Part shown: positions 1 through 10,270 of the stretch, in pieces | Layout of the letters: each line of letters begins with the position of its first letter | Numbering within the stretch: position 1 is the first letter of the stretch | Assembly: GCA_002897775.1 (NCBI GenBank) | Contig: BDTR01000032.1 | Span: 5,556-69,555 of the forward strand | DNA: 64,000 nt | DNA from: a bacterium BMS3Bbin08 | GTDB lineage: Bacteria; Nitrospirota; Thermodesulfovibrionia; UBA6902; BMS3Bbin08 | Direction: 5' to 3' | Made by a program: the position numbers and the translations under genes | The notes under the pieces: generated by a model | What the model was told of the DNA's origin: nothing | What the model saw: only the letters and a program-made list of their open reading frames with translations | Database searches by the model: none

Positions 1-1575
1 CACGCTGCTGACGGATACGCGCGGGCAAGCGGAAAGGTTGGCGTGGCCCTTGTGACTTCGGGCCCCGGTGCCACCAATACTGTTACGGGTATTGCCAATG
101 CCTCAATGGATTCAGTGCCAATAGTTGTTTTTTGCGGGCAGGTGCCGACGATGTTGATAGGAAATGATGCTTTTCAGGAGGCTGACATTGTAGGGATCAC
201 ACGGCCGTGCACAAAGTACAACTATCTTGTGAAAGATGTGAAGGACCTGGCCCATACGGTCAGGGAAGCGTTTCATATAGCGTCCACAGGAAGACCGGGT
301 CCGGTTCTGATCGATCTGCCAAAGGATGTCTCGGCAGGAAAGGCTGATTTTGTATGGCCCAAAGACATAAGAATACAGAGCTACAACCCGACCTATGAAG
401 GCAACAGGCGGATGATAAAACAGGCCGCGAATGAAATGGTCCGCGCCAAAAAGCCTGTTATCATGGCTGGCGGCGGAGTGATAATCTCCGAGGCTTCAAA
501 AGAGCTTACAGAACTGGCCAAAGCTGTGAACGCGCCTGTTACAACAACACTTATGGGTCTTGGCTGTTTCCCGGGCACACACCGCCTTTCCATGGGAATG
601 CTGGGTATGCACGGAACGTATTGCGCCAATATGGCTGTTCAGAACTCTGACCTGCTGATCGGCATAGGGGTAAGGTTTGACGACCGTGTTACCGGAAGGA
701 CCAGTTCTTTCGCGCCTGACGCCAGGATAATTCATATCGACATTGACCCTACGTCAATAAGAAAAAACGTAAGGGTCGATACCCCTATTGTTGGAGATGT
801 GAAACGTGTATTAAAGGAAATGCTGAAGGACATTAAGCAGGATGCTGAAAAGAAACGCGGAACTGACTCAAAAAAGCCGTGGGTAAAGCAGGTAGACAGG
901 TGGCAGAAGGAAAGACCTCTTACTTACAGATATGACAAGAAGCTTATTAAGCCCGAGTTTGTAGTAGAAAAAATTTATGAGCTGTCAAAAGGTAACGCGA
1001 TCATCTGCACGGAAGTGGGGCAGAACCAGATGTGGGCCGCGCAATTTTATAAATATGATAAGCCCAGGAGATGGTTGTCTTCAGGCGGCCTGGGAACAAT
1101 GGGTTATGGGTTTCCCGCGGCAATAGGGGCACAGTTCGCGCGTCCCAATGATCTGGTGGTGGACATTGCAGGTGACGGGAGCATTCAGATGAACATACAG
1201 GAACTGGCAACAGCGGTTATCAATAAACTGCCTGTTAAGGTGGCCATTCTTAACAACGGGTATCTGGGCATGGTCCGGCAGTGGCAGGAGCTTTTTTACA
1301 GAGGGCGCTATTCGCATACTAATCTTGGGGGGGGGCCTGATTTTGTAAAGGTCGCGGAAGCATACGGCGCGATCGGTTTAAGGGCGACCCGGCCTGAAGA
1401 GGTTGAGCCTGTTCTTAAAAAGGCATTCAAGATAAAAGATAAGCCCGTGTTCATGGACTTTGTGGTTGACTGGAAGGAAAAGGTCTATCCAATGGTCCCG
1501 GCCGGGGCGGCGATAGATGAGATGCTTTTTGATGAAGAAGAAAAGCCTAAAAAGAAACGCAAGACAAAAAAATAA
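1..1575 (+). CDS. ilvB: acetolactate synthase large subunit (5' end lies outside window)
   Basis: Frame-1 translation from nt 1 ([30 protein letters not shown]...) is the ThDP-enzyme middle and C-terminal region. Followed by small subunit ilvN and ilvC. The ORF-track M at 43 is an internal GTG. Confidence 0.9.
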   Translation, partial: HAADGYARASGKVGVALVTSGPGATNTVTGIANASMDSVPIVVFCGQVPTMLIGNDAFQEADIVGITRPCTKYNYLVKDVKDLAHTVREAFHIASTGRPGPVLIDLPKDVSAGKADFVWPKDIRIQSYNPTYEGNRRMIKQAANEMVRAKKPVIMAGGGVIISEASKELTELAKAVNAPVTTTLMGLGCFPGTHRLSMGMLGMHGTYCANMAVQNSDLLIGIGVRFDDRVTGRTSSFAPDARIIHIDIDPTSIRKNVRVDTPIVGDVKRVLKEMLKDIKQDAEKKRGTDSKKPWVKQVDRWQKERPLTYRYDKKLIKPEFVVEKIYELSKGNAIICTEVGQNQMWAAQFYKYDKPRRWLSSGGLGTMGYGFPAAIGAQFARPNDLVVDIAGDGSIQMNIQELATAVINKLPVKVAILNNGYLGMVRQWQELFYRGRYSHTNLGGGPDFVKVAEAYGAIGLRATRPEEVEPVLKKAFKIKDKPVFMDFVVDWKEKVYPMVPAGAAIDEMLFDEEEKPKKKRKTKK

Positions 1576-1577
1576 AA

Positions 1578-1650
1578 GTCATTAAGTCAATAAGTCACTA
1601 AGTAATTATGTATTGATTGACTAAATAACTTAATAACTCAATTACTTATT
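1578..1650. repeat. AT-rich spacer built from AAGTCATTA / TAATGACTT-type words (ilvB-ilvN spacer); family members also at 4021..4100, 16441..16512 and 49609..49680
   Basis: aagtcattaagtcaataagtcactaagtaatta...gactaaataacttaataactcaattactta read directly. The same 9-mer and its reverse complement recur in the other spacers. Confidence 0.7.
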
Positions 1651-1662
1651 TAGAGGGGTGAG

Positions 1663-2151
1663 ATGAGACATACGATATCCATACATGTTGAAAACAAATT
1701 CGGGGTGCTTTCAAGGGTTTCAGGACTTTTCAGCGGCAGGGGGTTTAATATAGAAAGCCTTTCTGTCGGTGAGACCACTGACCCGAAGGTGTCCTTAATG
1801 ACCATTGTAACAACAGGAGACGACCAGATAATCGAGCAGATAACCAAACAGCTCAACAAGCTTATTGATGTTATTAAGGTCATTGATTTCACAGGAATAG
1901 AGCACGTCGAGAGAGAAATGGTGATCGTTAAGATCACCCCTAAAAAGGACGACCGGGCCGAGGCCTTAAGGCTCGCTGAGATCTTCAGGGGCAGGATCGT
2001 GGATTCCGGACCAATGACATATACAGTCGAGATAACAGGTGACGAGAATAAAATAGAGGCTTTTGTGGAGATCATGAAGAACTTCGGCATCAAGGAGTTT
2101 GTTCGCACGGGTAAAGCGGCGATCGCCAGGGAAAGAATCAGAAAGACATAA
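1663..2151 (+). CDS. ilvN: acetolactate synthase small (regulatory) subunit, ACT domain
   Basis: 162 aa, MRHTISIHVENKFGVLSRVSGLFSGRGFNIESLSV... ACT-domain signature. RBS GAGGGGTGAG upstream. Position between ilvB and ilvC. Confidence 0.9.
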   Translation: MRHTISIHVENKFGVLSRVSGLFSGRGFNIESLSVGETTDPKVSLMTIVTTGDDQIIEQITKQLNKLIDVIKVIDFTGIEHVEREMVIVKITPKKDDRAEALRLAEIFRGRIVDSGPMTYTVEITGDENKIEAFVEIMKNFGIKEFVRTGKAAIARERIRKT

Positions 2152-2190
2152 AATCAATTGTCAATTGACAATTGTCAATTTTCAATTTAA

Positions 2191-3222
<1,032 letters not shown>

Positions 3223-3234
3223 ACAATCAGAGCA

Positions 3235-3269
3235 CCCCCACAGATTCGAAGCGAATCTGGACGCGGGGG
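3235..3269. repeat. GC-clamped hairpin directly after the ilvC stop (CCCCCA-cagattcgaagcgaatctg-GACGCGGGGG)
   Basis: 7-bp inner stem and 5-bp G/C outer clamp read directly. Shares CTGGACGCGGG with the hairpin after hemH. No T-run follows. Confidence 0.5.
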
Positions 3270-3390
3270 CGGGCACAGATTACAGACTTCGGCATTCAGA
3301 TAAAAAAACATAACAAAGGCAGAACTACTGCTCAGGGATGTATCTTTTTCAGTCTGGGTTCTGTGCTCTGGGTTCTGTGCTCTGGAGCCA

Positions 3391-4020
3391 ATGTTTAAAC
3401 TTGCTCCTGAAGGTTATCCCTTTATCACAATCTTCGCGGTATTGTCTGTGATCACCGCTGTTATCGGACCACCCTGGATGGTCGCTGTCCCATTAGTGTT
3501 AACGGCGTTCATGATCTATTTCTTCCGGGACCCAGACAGGGTGACAACCGAAAGCAGAGACCTGTTTTATGCGCCTGCAGACGGCAAGGTCATCCTTATA
3601 CAGGAAACCGAAGAGAACGAACTATTGAATAAACGAGCGCTTGAAGTGAGCATTTTCATGGATGTGTTTAATGTCCATGTCAACAGGGCTCCGTGCGCGG
3701 GAACAGTTAAAGAGGTTGAGCGCTATCCCGGCAGGTTCATAGCCGCTTTCAAACATGATGCTTCAATGGTGAATGAGCATATAACCATGCTGATGGAGAC
3801 CGAACATGGAGATGTTGTTGTAAGGCAGGTTGCCGGCCTCCTTGCCAGACGCGCTGTATGCAGGGTAAAACCAGGGGCGTCCCTTAAGCAGGGGCAAAGA
3901 TACGGCATCATAAAATTCAGCTCAAGGCTTGACGTGTTCCTGCCATTAAATACCAGGATTAAGGTAAAATTAAACGATAAAGTAAAAGCAGGGGAAAGCA
4001 TTCTGGGAATAATCGAATAA
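3391..4020 (+). CDS. psd: phosphatidylserine decarboxylase-related protein (short, archaeal-type proenzyme)
   Basis: 209 aa with N-terminal TM helices and a C-terminal GxS-type region. Adjacent to pssA. Family assignment from the length and architecture of the short Psd-like family. Confidence 0.65.
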   Translation: MFKLAPEGYPFITIFAVLSVITAVIGPPWMVAVPLVLTAFMIYFFRDPDRVTTESRDLFYAPADGKVILIQETEENELLNKRALEVSIFMDVFNVHVNRAPCAGTVKEVERYPGRFIAAFKHDASMVNEHITMLMETEHGDVVVRQVAGLLARRAVCRVKPGASLKQGQRYGIIKFSSRLDVFLPLNTRIKVKLNDKVKAGESILGIIE

Positions 4021-4100
4021 AGTAATAAGTTATTCAGTCACTTAGTCATTGAGTGATTAATAATGACTTAATAACGCAATAACTTAATAACTTGGCGTGC
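4021..4100. repeat. AT-rich word-repeat spacer (psd-pssA), same family
   Basis: agtaataagttattcagtcacttagtcattgagtgattaataatgacttaataacgcaataacttaataactt. Confidence 0.7.
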
Positions 4101-4101
4101 G

Positions 4102-4833
4102 ATGAGAAAAGGAATTTACTTATTACCCAATACACTGACACTGTGCGGGATGTTTTGCGGGTTTTACGCTATTCTCTCGGCACTTGACGGCAATTTTGTG
4201 CACGGCGCGTGGGCAATATTGATCGCGATCATCTTTGATGGACTTGACGGCTGGGTCGCGAGGCTGACCCACAGCACAACAAAATTCGGGATAGAGCTTG
4301 ACTCTCTTTCCGACCTTGTCGCGTTTGGAATCGCGCCTGCCGTGCTTATTTACAGCTGGGGGCTGAATTCTTTTGGCCGTATCGGCTGGGGCGCCGCGTT
4401 TTTCTACGTAATATGCGGGGCCTTAAGGCTTGCCCGTTTTAATGTGCAGATGGACACCGCGGAGAGCAAGGCATTTACAGGCATGCCCATTCCCGGAGCT
4501 GCCGGGATAACAGCCTGTATGGTTTTATTTTACACAGAGATCTGGGGCAGTCTGACAGGCAGGAACTATGTTGTGCTTTTACTGCCTTTTTTACTGGCGG
4601 CTCTTATGGTCAGCACATTCCGCTATCACGGTTTAAAGGAGATCGATTTTAAGAGGAGAAAACCATTCTGGCTTCTGGTCGCTATTGTGGCGGCCTTTGT
4701 TCTGGTTTTTATTAATCCTGAGATCGTGCTCTTTGTTTTTGGCATAATGTACATGTTATCCGGAATTATAGAGCACGTAAAGATCGTAAAAAAGAAGGAA
4801 CGCTTAGGGACCAGACAAAATGAGAACAGTTAA
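4102..4833 (+). CDS. pssA: CDP-diacylglycerol--serine O-phosphatidyltransferase (CDP-alcohol phosphatidyltransferase family)
   Basis: 243 aa multi-TM with the CDP-OH transferase motif DGLDGWVARL...GIELDSLSDLVAFG. Confidence 0.8.
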   Translation: MRKGIYLLPNTLTLCGMFCGFYAILSALDGNFVHGAWAILIAIIFDGLDGWVARLTHSTTKFGIELDSLSDLVAFGIAPAVLIYSWGLNSFGRIGWGAAFFYVICGALRLARFNVQMDTAESKAFTGMPIPGAAGITACMVLFYTEIWGSLTGRNYVVLLLPFLLAALMVSTFRYHGLKEIDFKRRKPFWLLVAIVAAFVLVFINPEIVLFVFGIMYMLSGIIEHVKIVKKKERLGTRQNENS

Positions 4834-6325
4834 GATATTCGATACAACTCTCAGGGACGGGGAACAGTCGCCTGGAGCGTCCATGAACGTGGATGAAAAG
4901 GTGCAGGTTGCAAAACAGCTTGCCCGCCTTGGCGTGGATATTATTGAGGCTGGTTTTGCATTCAGCTCTCCGGGTGATTTTGAAGCCATAAAGACCATTG
5001 GCGCGGAGGTGGAGGGTCCTGTGATCTGCAGTCTTGCCCGGGCAAAAGAAGATGATATAAAAAGAGCCTGGGAAGCGCTCAGGGATGTTCCGAAGAAAAG
5101 GATCCACACATTTCATTCGACCTCTGATATCCATCTTAAGCACCAGTTCCGCATAAGCCGTGAAGAGGCCTTAAAGAGGTCTGTGGAAATGGTCAGGTTC
5201 GCGCGGAGCCTTGTTGAAGATGTGGAATTTTCACCCATGGACGCGGCAAGGACAGATATCAGTTACCTCTGTGAGGTTATAGAGGCGGTGATTGACGCTG
5301 GCGCGTCAACGGTCAATATACCTGATACGGTCGGCTATAGCATTCCGAATGAATTCGGCGCTTTAATAAAGGATATCCATGGCAGGGTGAAAAACATTGA
5401 TAAGGCCGTGATCTCGGTTCACTGCCATAATGACCTCGGACTCGCGACGTCAAACTCTCTTGCCGCGGTGCTTAACGGAGCAGGCCAGATCGAATGCACT
5501 ATCAACGGGATCGGGGAGCGTGCCGGAAACTGTTCTATGGAAGAAGTCGTAATGGCGATGAGGACAAGGCGGGACCTCTTCAACGCTGATACTCACGTAA
5601 ACTCTGAGGAGATAATGCGCAGCAGCAGGCTTGTTACAAAGGTCACAGGCATCTCGGTTCAGCCGAACAAGGCTATCGTCGGCGCCAATGCCTTTGCTCA
5701 CGAGTCAGGTATCCATCAGGACGGCCTGTTAAAGGACAAGTCGACCTATGAGATCATCAAACCCGAGACAATAGGCCTTCACAAGACAAAGTTTGTTCTT
5801 GGCAAGCATTCCGGAAGGCATGCCTTCAGAACCAGGCTTGATGAGCTCGGCTATAAATTGGCTGACGATGAGATCAACAGCGCGTTTGAGAGGTTTAAAA
5901 AGATCGCGGACCAGAAAAAGGATATCTTTGATGAGGACATAGAGGCCCTTGTTTCTGAAGAGGTCGGGAAAACCCCTGAGATATACAGGCTCCTGGGATT
6001 AAAAGTGTCTTCAGGCCTCGATCAAAAACCCGCGGCTGAAATAAAGCTCAAGGTTGATAAAGAAGTTGTGGAAAAAACAGAACATGGTGACGGCCCGGTC
6101 GATGCTGTTTATAAAGCCATTGCTTTAATTACGGAAACAGAGAGCAGCCTCATCAAATATGAGGTCAAGAGCATAACCGGCGGGACTGACGCCCTTGGAG
6201 AGGTGATGGTATCTCTTGAAGAGGACGGCAGGTCGGTAAGAGGGCACGGCGCTGATACCGACATTATTGTTGCCTCTGCCCAGGCGTATATAAACGCTCT
6301 GAACAAGCTTGCCGCAAAAAAATAG
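4820..6325 (+). CDS. leuA: 2-isopropylmalate synthase
   Basis: 501 aa. N-terminus MRTVKIFDTTLRDGEQSPGASM (HMGL-like TIM barrel) plus a C-terminal LeuA regulatory domain. Overlaps the pssA stop by 14 nt. Confidence 0.9.
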   Translation: MRTVKIFDTTLRDGEQSPGASMNVDEKVQVAKQLARLGVDIIEAGFAFSSPGDFEAIKTIGAEVEGPVICSLARAKEDDIKRAWEALRDVPKKRIHTFHSTSDIHLKHQFRISREEALKRSVEMVRFARSLVEDVEFSPMDAARTDISYLCEVIEAVIDAGASTVNIPDTVGYSIPNEFGALIKDIHGRVKNIDKAVISVHCHNDLGLATSNSLAAVLNGAGQIECTINGIGERAGNCSMEEVVMAMRTRRDLFNADTHVNSEEIMRSSRLVTKVTGISVQPNKAIVGANAFAHESGIHQDGLLKDKSTYEIIKPETIGLHKTKFVLGKHSGRHAFRTRLDELGYKLADDEINSAFERFKKIADQKKDIFDEDIEALVSEEVGKTPEIYRLLGLKVSSGLDQKPAAEIKLKVDKEVVEKTEHGDGPVDAVYKAIALITETESSLIKYEVKSITGGTDALGEVMVSLEEDGRSVRGHGADTDIIVASAQAYINALNKLAAKK

Positions 6326-6380
6326 CGCTTAAGCAAGAGCCGTTTTTATCCTGTGAAAAGACCGCGATTTTGTCTCATTG

Positions 6381-6424
6381 GTTCACCCCGTGAGATAATC
6401 AGTTTTGCTATCTCACGGGGTGAA
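6381..6424. repeat. near-perfect 16-17 bp inverted repeat (GTTCACCCCGTGAGATA ... TATCTCACGGGGTGAA) in the leuA-leuC spacer
   Basis: Read directly. Stem 16-17 bp with an 11-nt loop and no downstream T-run. Confidence 0.6.
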
Positions 6425-6508
6425 TTGACTAATCTCAACAGCATCCTGTAATATGTCCAGTACATCTTTTTTTGAGAGAAAAACCCGGTTTTTTAATTTG
6501 GAGAAACC

Positions 6509-7786
6509 ATGAACATCACGGAAAAAATTCTTGCCGCACACCTGTCTGACCGGCAGGCGGGCTCAGGCAAAAAAGAGGTATCAGCCGGAGAGCTGATCAA
6601 CGCCAGGGTTGACCTTGTTCTTGCCAATGATATTACCGCGCCTATCTCAATTACCGAGTTTAAGAAAACCGGAGCAAAGGATGTATTTGATAAGAACAGG
6701 ATTGCTTTTATACCTGATCACTTTGCGCCTCAGAAAGACATAAAAGCTGCGGAACAGTGCAAGATGCTCAGGGAGTTTTCCAGGGAGTACGGTCTTGGGC
6801 TTTACTTTGAGGTTGGAAGAATGGGAGTTGAGCACGCGCTTCTTCCTGAAGAGGGCATTGTCGTGCCCGGAGACCTGGTCGTGGGGGCTGACAGCCATAC
6901 CTGCACCTACGGCGCGCTCGGGGCTTTTTCAACGGGCGTCGGCTCAACAGATGTGGCAGCGGCTATGGCAACGGGAGAGTGCTGGTTTAAGGTCCCTGAA
7001 TCAATGAAATTTATATATTACGGAAAGCTCAATAAATGGGTCAGCGGCAAGGACCTGATACTTCATACTATCGGGGATATCGGAGTGGACGGCGCGCTTT
7101 ACAGGGCAATGGAATTTGAGGGAGAAGTGATCAGGTCGCTTCCCATGCATTCGAGGCTCACAATGTGCAACATGGCAATAGAAGCCGGGGGGAAGAACGG
7201 GATCATTGTGCCCGATGAAATAACAGAGCAATATGCCAAAGGCAGAGCCAGGAGGGAATATACATTTTATACTTCTGACGAGGATGCGAAATACGCGGAG
7301 GTTAAAGAGTACGATTGTTCAAGTATCCCTCTTACTGTATCATGCCCGCACCTCCCGTCAAATACAAAGCCTGCCGCAGAGCTTTCCAATGTCGCGATCG
7401 ACCAGGTTGTTGTAGGCTCCTGCACGAACGGCAGAATAGAGGACATGAGAGAGGCGGCAGAGGTTATAAAAGGCAGAAAGGTAAACCCGAACGTAAGGAT
7501 GATAGTAATTCCCGCGACACAGAAGGTGTACCTTCAGGCTGTAACAGAAGGACTTGCCGAGATATTTGTGAACGCGGAGGCTGTTTTTTCAACCCCTACA
7601 TGCGGTCCGTGCCTCGGCGGGCATATGGGAGTCCTTGCGAAAGGCGAGCGGGCGATCGCGACAACAAACAGGAATTTTGTGGGCAGAATGGGGCACCCTG
7701 AAAGTGAAGTGTACCTTTCAAATCCCGCGGTTGCGGCGGCTTCCGCGATAAAGGGAAGGATAGCGACGCCTGAGGAAGTGATCTGA
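6509..7786 (+). CDS. leuC: 3-isopropylmalate dehydratase large subunit (aconitase family)
   Basis: 425 aa. Aconitase-family Fe-S ligand region ([10 protein letters not shown]..., PTCGPCLG). Followed by leuD. Confidence 0.88.
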   Translation: MNITEKILAAHLSDRQAGSGKKEVSAGELINARVDLVLANDITAPISITEFKKTGAKDVFDKNRIAFIPDHFAPQKDIKAAEQCKMLREFSREYGLGLYFEVGRMGVEHALLPEEGIVVPGDLVVGADSHTCTYGALGAFSTGVGSTDVAAAMATGECWFKVPESMKFIYYGKLNKWVSGKDLILHTIGDIGVDGALYRAMEFEGEVIRSLPMHSRLTMCNMAIEAGGKNGIIVPDEITEQYAKGRARREYTFYTSDEDAKYAEVKEYDCSSIPLTVSCPHLPSNTKPAAELSNVAIDQVVVGSCTNGRIEDMREAAEVIKGRKVNPNVRMIVIPATQKVYLQAVTEGLAEIFVNAEAVFSTPTCGPCLGGHMGVLAKGERAIATTNRNFVGRMGHPESEVYLSNPAVAAASAIKGRIATPEEVI

Positions 7787-8014
7787 CGGAAATTGCTTCA
7801 ATAAAACATGAGTGATTACATGAAGTATGGCTACGCAACAAATTGATAAATAAACTTTTTTGCTGTGATGTTGTTGCTGATTTGACAGAAGGTAAACTGG
7901 CAGAATTGGAACACCGGTGGATGTAGTATAACAAGACATGGAAAGCTGGTGAGCCATTAGTTGTTAGCTGTTAGTTATGAGCTATCAGCTATGAGCTATT
8001 TGGGAGGAGATAAA

Positions 8015-8533
8015 ATGATCCTTAAAGGTAAGGTCTGGCAGTTTGGAGATAATGTAGACACTGACGCGATAATCCCGGCGCGCTATCTTAATACATCAGA
8101 TCCCAAAGAACTTGCCAGGCATATAATGGAGGATGCTGACAAGGAATTCCCGGACAAGGTAAGCTCCGGAGATATAATAGTTGCGGGAAACAATTTCGGG
8201 TGCGGTTCTTCAAGAGAGCATGCCCCTATCGCGATAAAGGCAGCTGGTCTTCAGGCTGTTATTGCAAAGAGCTTTGCCAGGATATTCTACAGAAACTCGT
8301 TTAATATAGGGCTTCCCATCTTTGAGTCTGAAGAAGCGGCTGAGAAGATCAGCGCTGGAGATGAGATAGAAATAGACGCGGACAGGGGTGTTATCAAAAA
8401 CATCACTAAAGGCGAAGAATACACCGCAAAACCTATTCCTCCGTTCATGCAGGAATTGATCTCAGTAGGCGGTTTGATCGAATGGACAAAGGCCAAGATC
8501 AAAAAACAAGAAATTGAGAGGTTGAGAAGTTAA
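8015..8533 (+). CDS. leuD: 3-isopropylmalate dehydratase small subunit
   Basis: Start moved to the ATG at 8015 ([25 protein letters not shown]), 6 nt after GGAGGAG. Aconitase swivel-domain motifs. Confidence 0.88.
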   Translation: MILKGKVWQFGDNVDTDAIIPARYLNTSDPKELARHIMEDADKEFPDKVSSGDIIVAGNNFGCGSSREHAPIAIKAAGLQAVIAKSFARIFYRNSFNIGLPIFESEEAAEKISAGDEIEIDADRGVIKNITKGEEYTAKPIPPFMQELISVGGLIEWTKAKIKKQEIERLRS

Positions 8534-8640
8534 GAGGCTGAGAACTGTTAAGCAAGACGTTGAGTTGTTGAGAAGTCGAGTTGTTGGGAACTACTTAACC
8601 ACTTAACTACTGTACTACTTAACGATTCACCTATTATTTT
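8505..8640. repeat. degenerate tandem copies of the leuD 3' end (gaggttgagaagttaa / gaggctgagaactgttaa / gttgagttgttgagaagtcgagttgttgggaac) followed by an acttaac word repeat
   Basis: Read directly. The spacer repeats the last codons and the stop of leuD. Confidence 0.6.
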
Positions 8641-8660
8641 ATCCAAACGGCTGGTTCTGT

Positions 8661-9578
8661 ATGATGCCTGACTCTTATGATTTTATAGCCGCCTATCTGA
8701 AACTTTCCAAAGAAGCTCTCAGGGTAAAGATACAAAGAGCCGAAGAAATACTTACAAGCTGTACCCTGTGTCCGCGCAGCTGCAAAGTCGACCGGACAGC
8801 CGGGGAAAAAGGTTTTTGCAAGACCGGCAGCAAACCACTTGTCTCAAGCTTTAATCCCCACTTTGGCGAGGAACGCCCGCTTGTGGGAGAGCGCGGCTCA
8901 GGAACCATTTTTTTCAGCCGATGCAACCTTGGCTGTCTTTTCTGTCAGAACTGGACGATAAGCCATAACGGCGAAGGCAGTATAATATCTTTTGATGCGT
9001 TAGCCGGCATGATGCTGTCCCTGCAGAATTCCGGCTGTCACAATATAAACCTTGTCACACCGACCCATCAGGTCCCCATGATACTGAGATCTTTGGAGAT
9101 TGCAAAAGATATGGGTTTGAAGGCTCCTATAGTGTATAACTGCGGGGGATATGAATCTATCGATACCCTGAAAATACTCGATGGAGTTGTTGATATATAT
9201 ATGCCGGATATCAAGTATTCAGACCCTGATGTTGCCCTGAAATATTCAAAAGCAAAGGATTACCCTCAGGTAGCAAAGGCGGCTGTAAAAGAGATGCACA
9301 GGCAGGTTGGGGACCTTGTCATGGATGAACGGGGCATTGCCTTAAGGGGACTGCTTGTAAGGCATCTTGTGCTGCCGGAGGGTCTTGCCGGCACAGAGGA
9401 AATAGTCAAATTTCTTGCTGAAGAGATATCGCCTGATACGTATACGAACATAATGGCGCAGTATTACCCCTGTTATCAGGCCGCCGGGCTTCCGCCTCTT
9501 GACAGGAGAACAACAGGCGAAGAATACATAAAGGCAGTAAAGGCGGCACAGCGCGCGGGGCTTAAAAGGCTTGACTGA
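8661..9578 (+). CDS. radical SAM protein, PflX/activating-enzyme-like
   Basis: 305 aa. N-terminal Cys cluster CTLCPRSCKVDR...GFCKTG and the radical-SAM CxxxCxxC motif RCNLGCLFCQNW. Confidence 0.7.
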   Translation: MMPDSYDFIAAYLKLSKEALRVKIQRAEEILTSCTLCPRSCKVDRTAGEKGFCKTGSKPLVSSFNPHFGEERPLVGERGSGTIFFSRCNLGCLFCQNWTISHNGEGSIISFDALAGMMLSLQNSGCHNINLVTPTHQVPMILRSLEIAKDMGLKAPIVYNCGGYESIDTLKILDGVVDIYMPDIKYSDPDVALKYSKAKDYPQVAKAAVKEMHRQVGDLVMDERGIALRGLLVRHLVLPEGLAGTEEIVKFLAEEISPDTYTNIMAQYYPCYQAAGLPPLDRRTTGEEYIKAVKAAQRAGLKRLD

Positions 9579-9695
9579 ATTTCCGGCGCGAGAAGAGAAA
9601 TTACTTTCTGTATGTTCTGTTTTGTGCTACTATTTTAGGTAGAAGTGTGTACCGGCCTGTATGCTCAATCGCAGGTGCAAAATAAAACAGGAGGT

Positions 9696-10043
9696 ATGAT
9701 TATGGAACAGAATGTTTTTCTTGTTATCAGCAGTGATGTGATGGGAAAGGATGAGGATATAGGCAGGGCGGTAATAAAGAATTTTTTTGAGACTGTAAAG
9801 GCTACAAAAGAAATACCCCATACTATCTTTTTTGTAAATGCCGGGGTAAAGCTTACGACTGTAAACGAGGAGACAATAGCCATTCTCAAGGACATTGCAG
9901 AACTGGGAACAGAAATGTACTCATGCGGCACATGTCTGAAACATTATGACCTTGAAGACAAGATAAATGTCGGCAACAGGGGCGCTTCTACCCAGGTGGT
10001 CGAGGCGCTTAATGATTTCAAAAAAGTAGTATGGGTAGGGTAG
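9696..10043 (+). CDS. DsrE/DsrF-like (YedF C-terminal-like) sulfur/selenium-relay family protein
   Basis: About 115 aa from the ATG at 9696 after AGGAGG. DsrE-like fold with conserved Cys (MYSCGTCLKHYD). Sits next to the selC-like tRNA and selD. Confidence 0.5.
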   Translation: MIMEQNVFLVISSDVMGKDEDIGRAVIKNFFETVKATKEIPHTIFFVNAGVKLTTVNEETIAILKDIAELGTEMYSCGTCLKHYDLEDKINVGNRGASTQVVEALNDFKKVVWVG

Positions 10044-10113
10044 TTCAACCCTTGCTCCTATCTTCCTGGTTCTCGCTTTTGCCCCGAATTCAAAGGCGCG
10101 TCATAATCAGAGG

Positions 10114-10242
10114 TCACTCTAACATCATAGCAGAGTGCCACGGGCTTGCCCGTGGGAATCTGCTAACCTTATTGCTTTTTACGTTCAGATAGAAATTGCA
10201 GCCTGTCCCGCAATATGTGCATGTAGTCCTGACCTTTTCCAT
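10114..10242 (-). pseudogene. 42-codon remnant of a molybdopterin oxidoreductase (formate-dehydrogenase-like) N-terminus
   Basis: Translation MEKVRTTCTYCGTGCNFYLNVKSNKV... carries the CxxCxxxC 4Fe-4S motif that opens Mo-bisPGD enzymes such as FdhF. It stops after 42 codons and nothing continues in any frame. Preceded by AAGGAG. The ORF-track call 10114..10326 is an upstream extension that overlaps the tRNA. Confidence 0.45.
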
Positions 10243-10270
10243 TTCATAATTCTCCTTTGTGTTTATAATC

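Noticed and set aside
393-1317. Antisense and alternate-frame ORFs inside ilvB (393..629, 496..735, 1001..1210, 1081..1317 minus)
   Set aside because: They are fully embedded in a well-supported coding region on the opposite strand, have low complexity and lack start signals. The same applies to the many similar embedded ORFs inside other genes across the window.
9645-9695. Upstream GTG start for the DsrE-like gene, possibly hiding a TusA-like N-terminal domain
   Set aside because: A TAG stop lies in frame 9 nt upstream of 9645. The ATG at 9696 is correctly spaced from AGGAGG, and the conserved DsrE-like region starts there.
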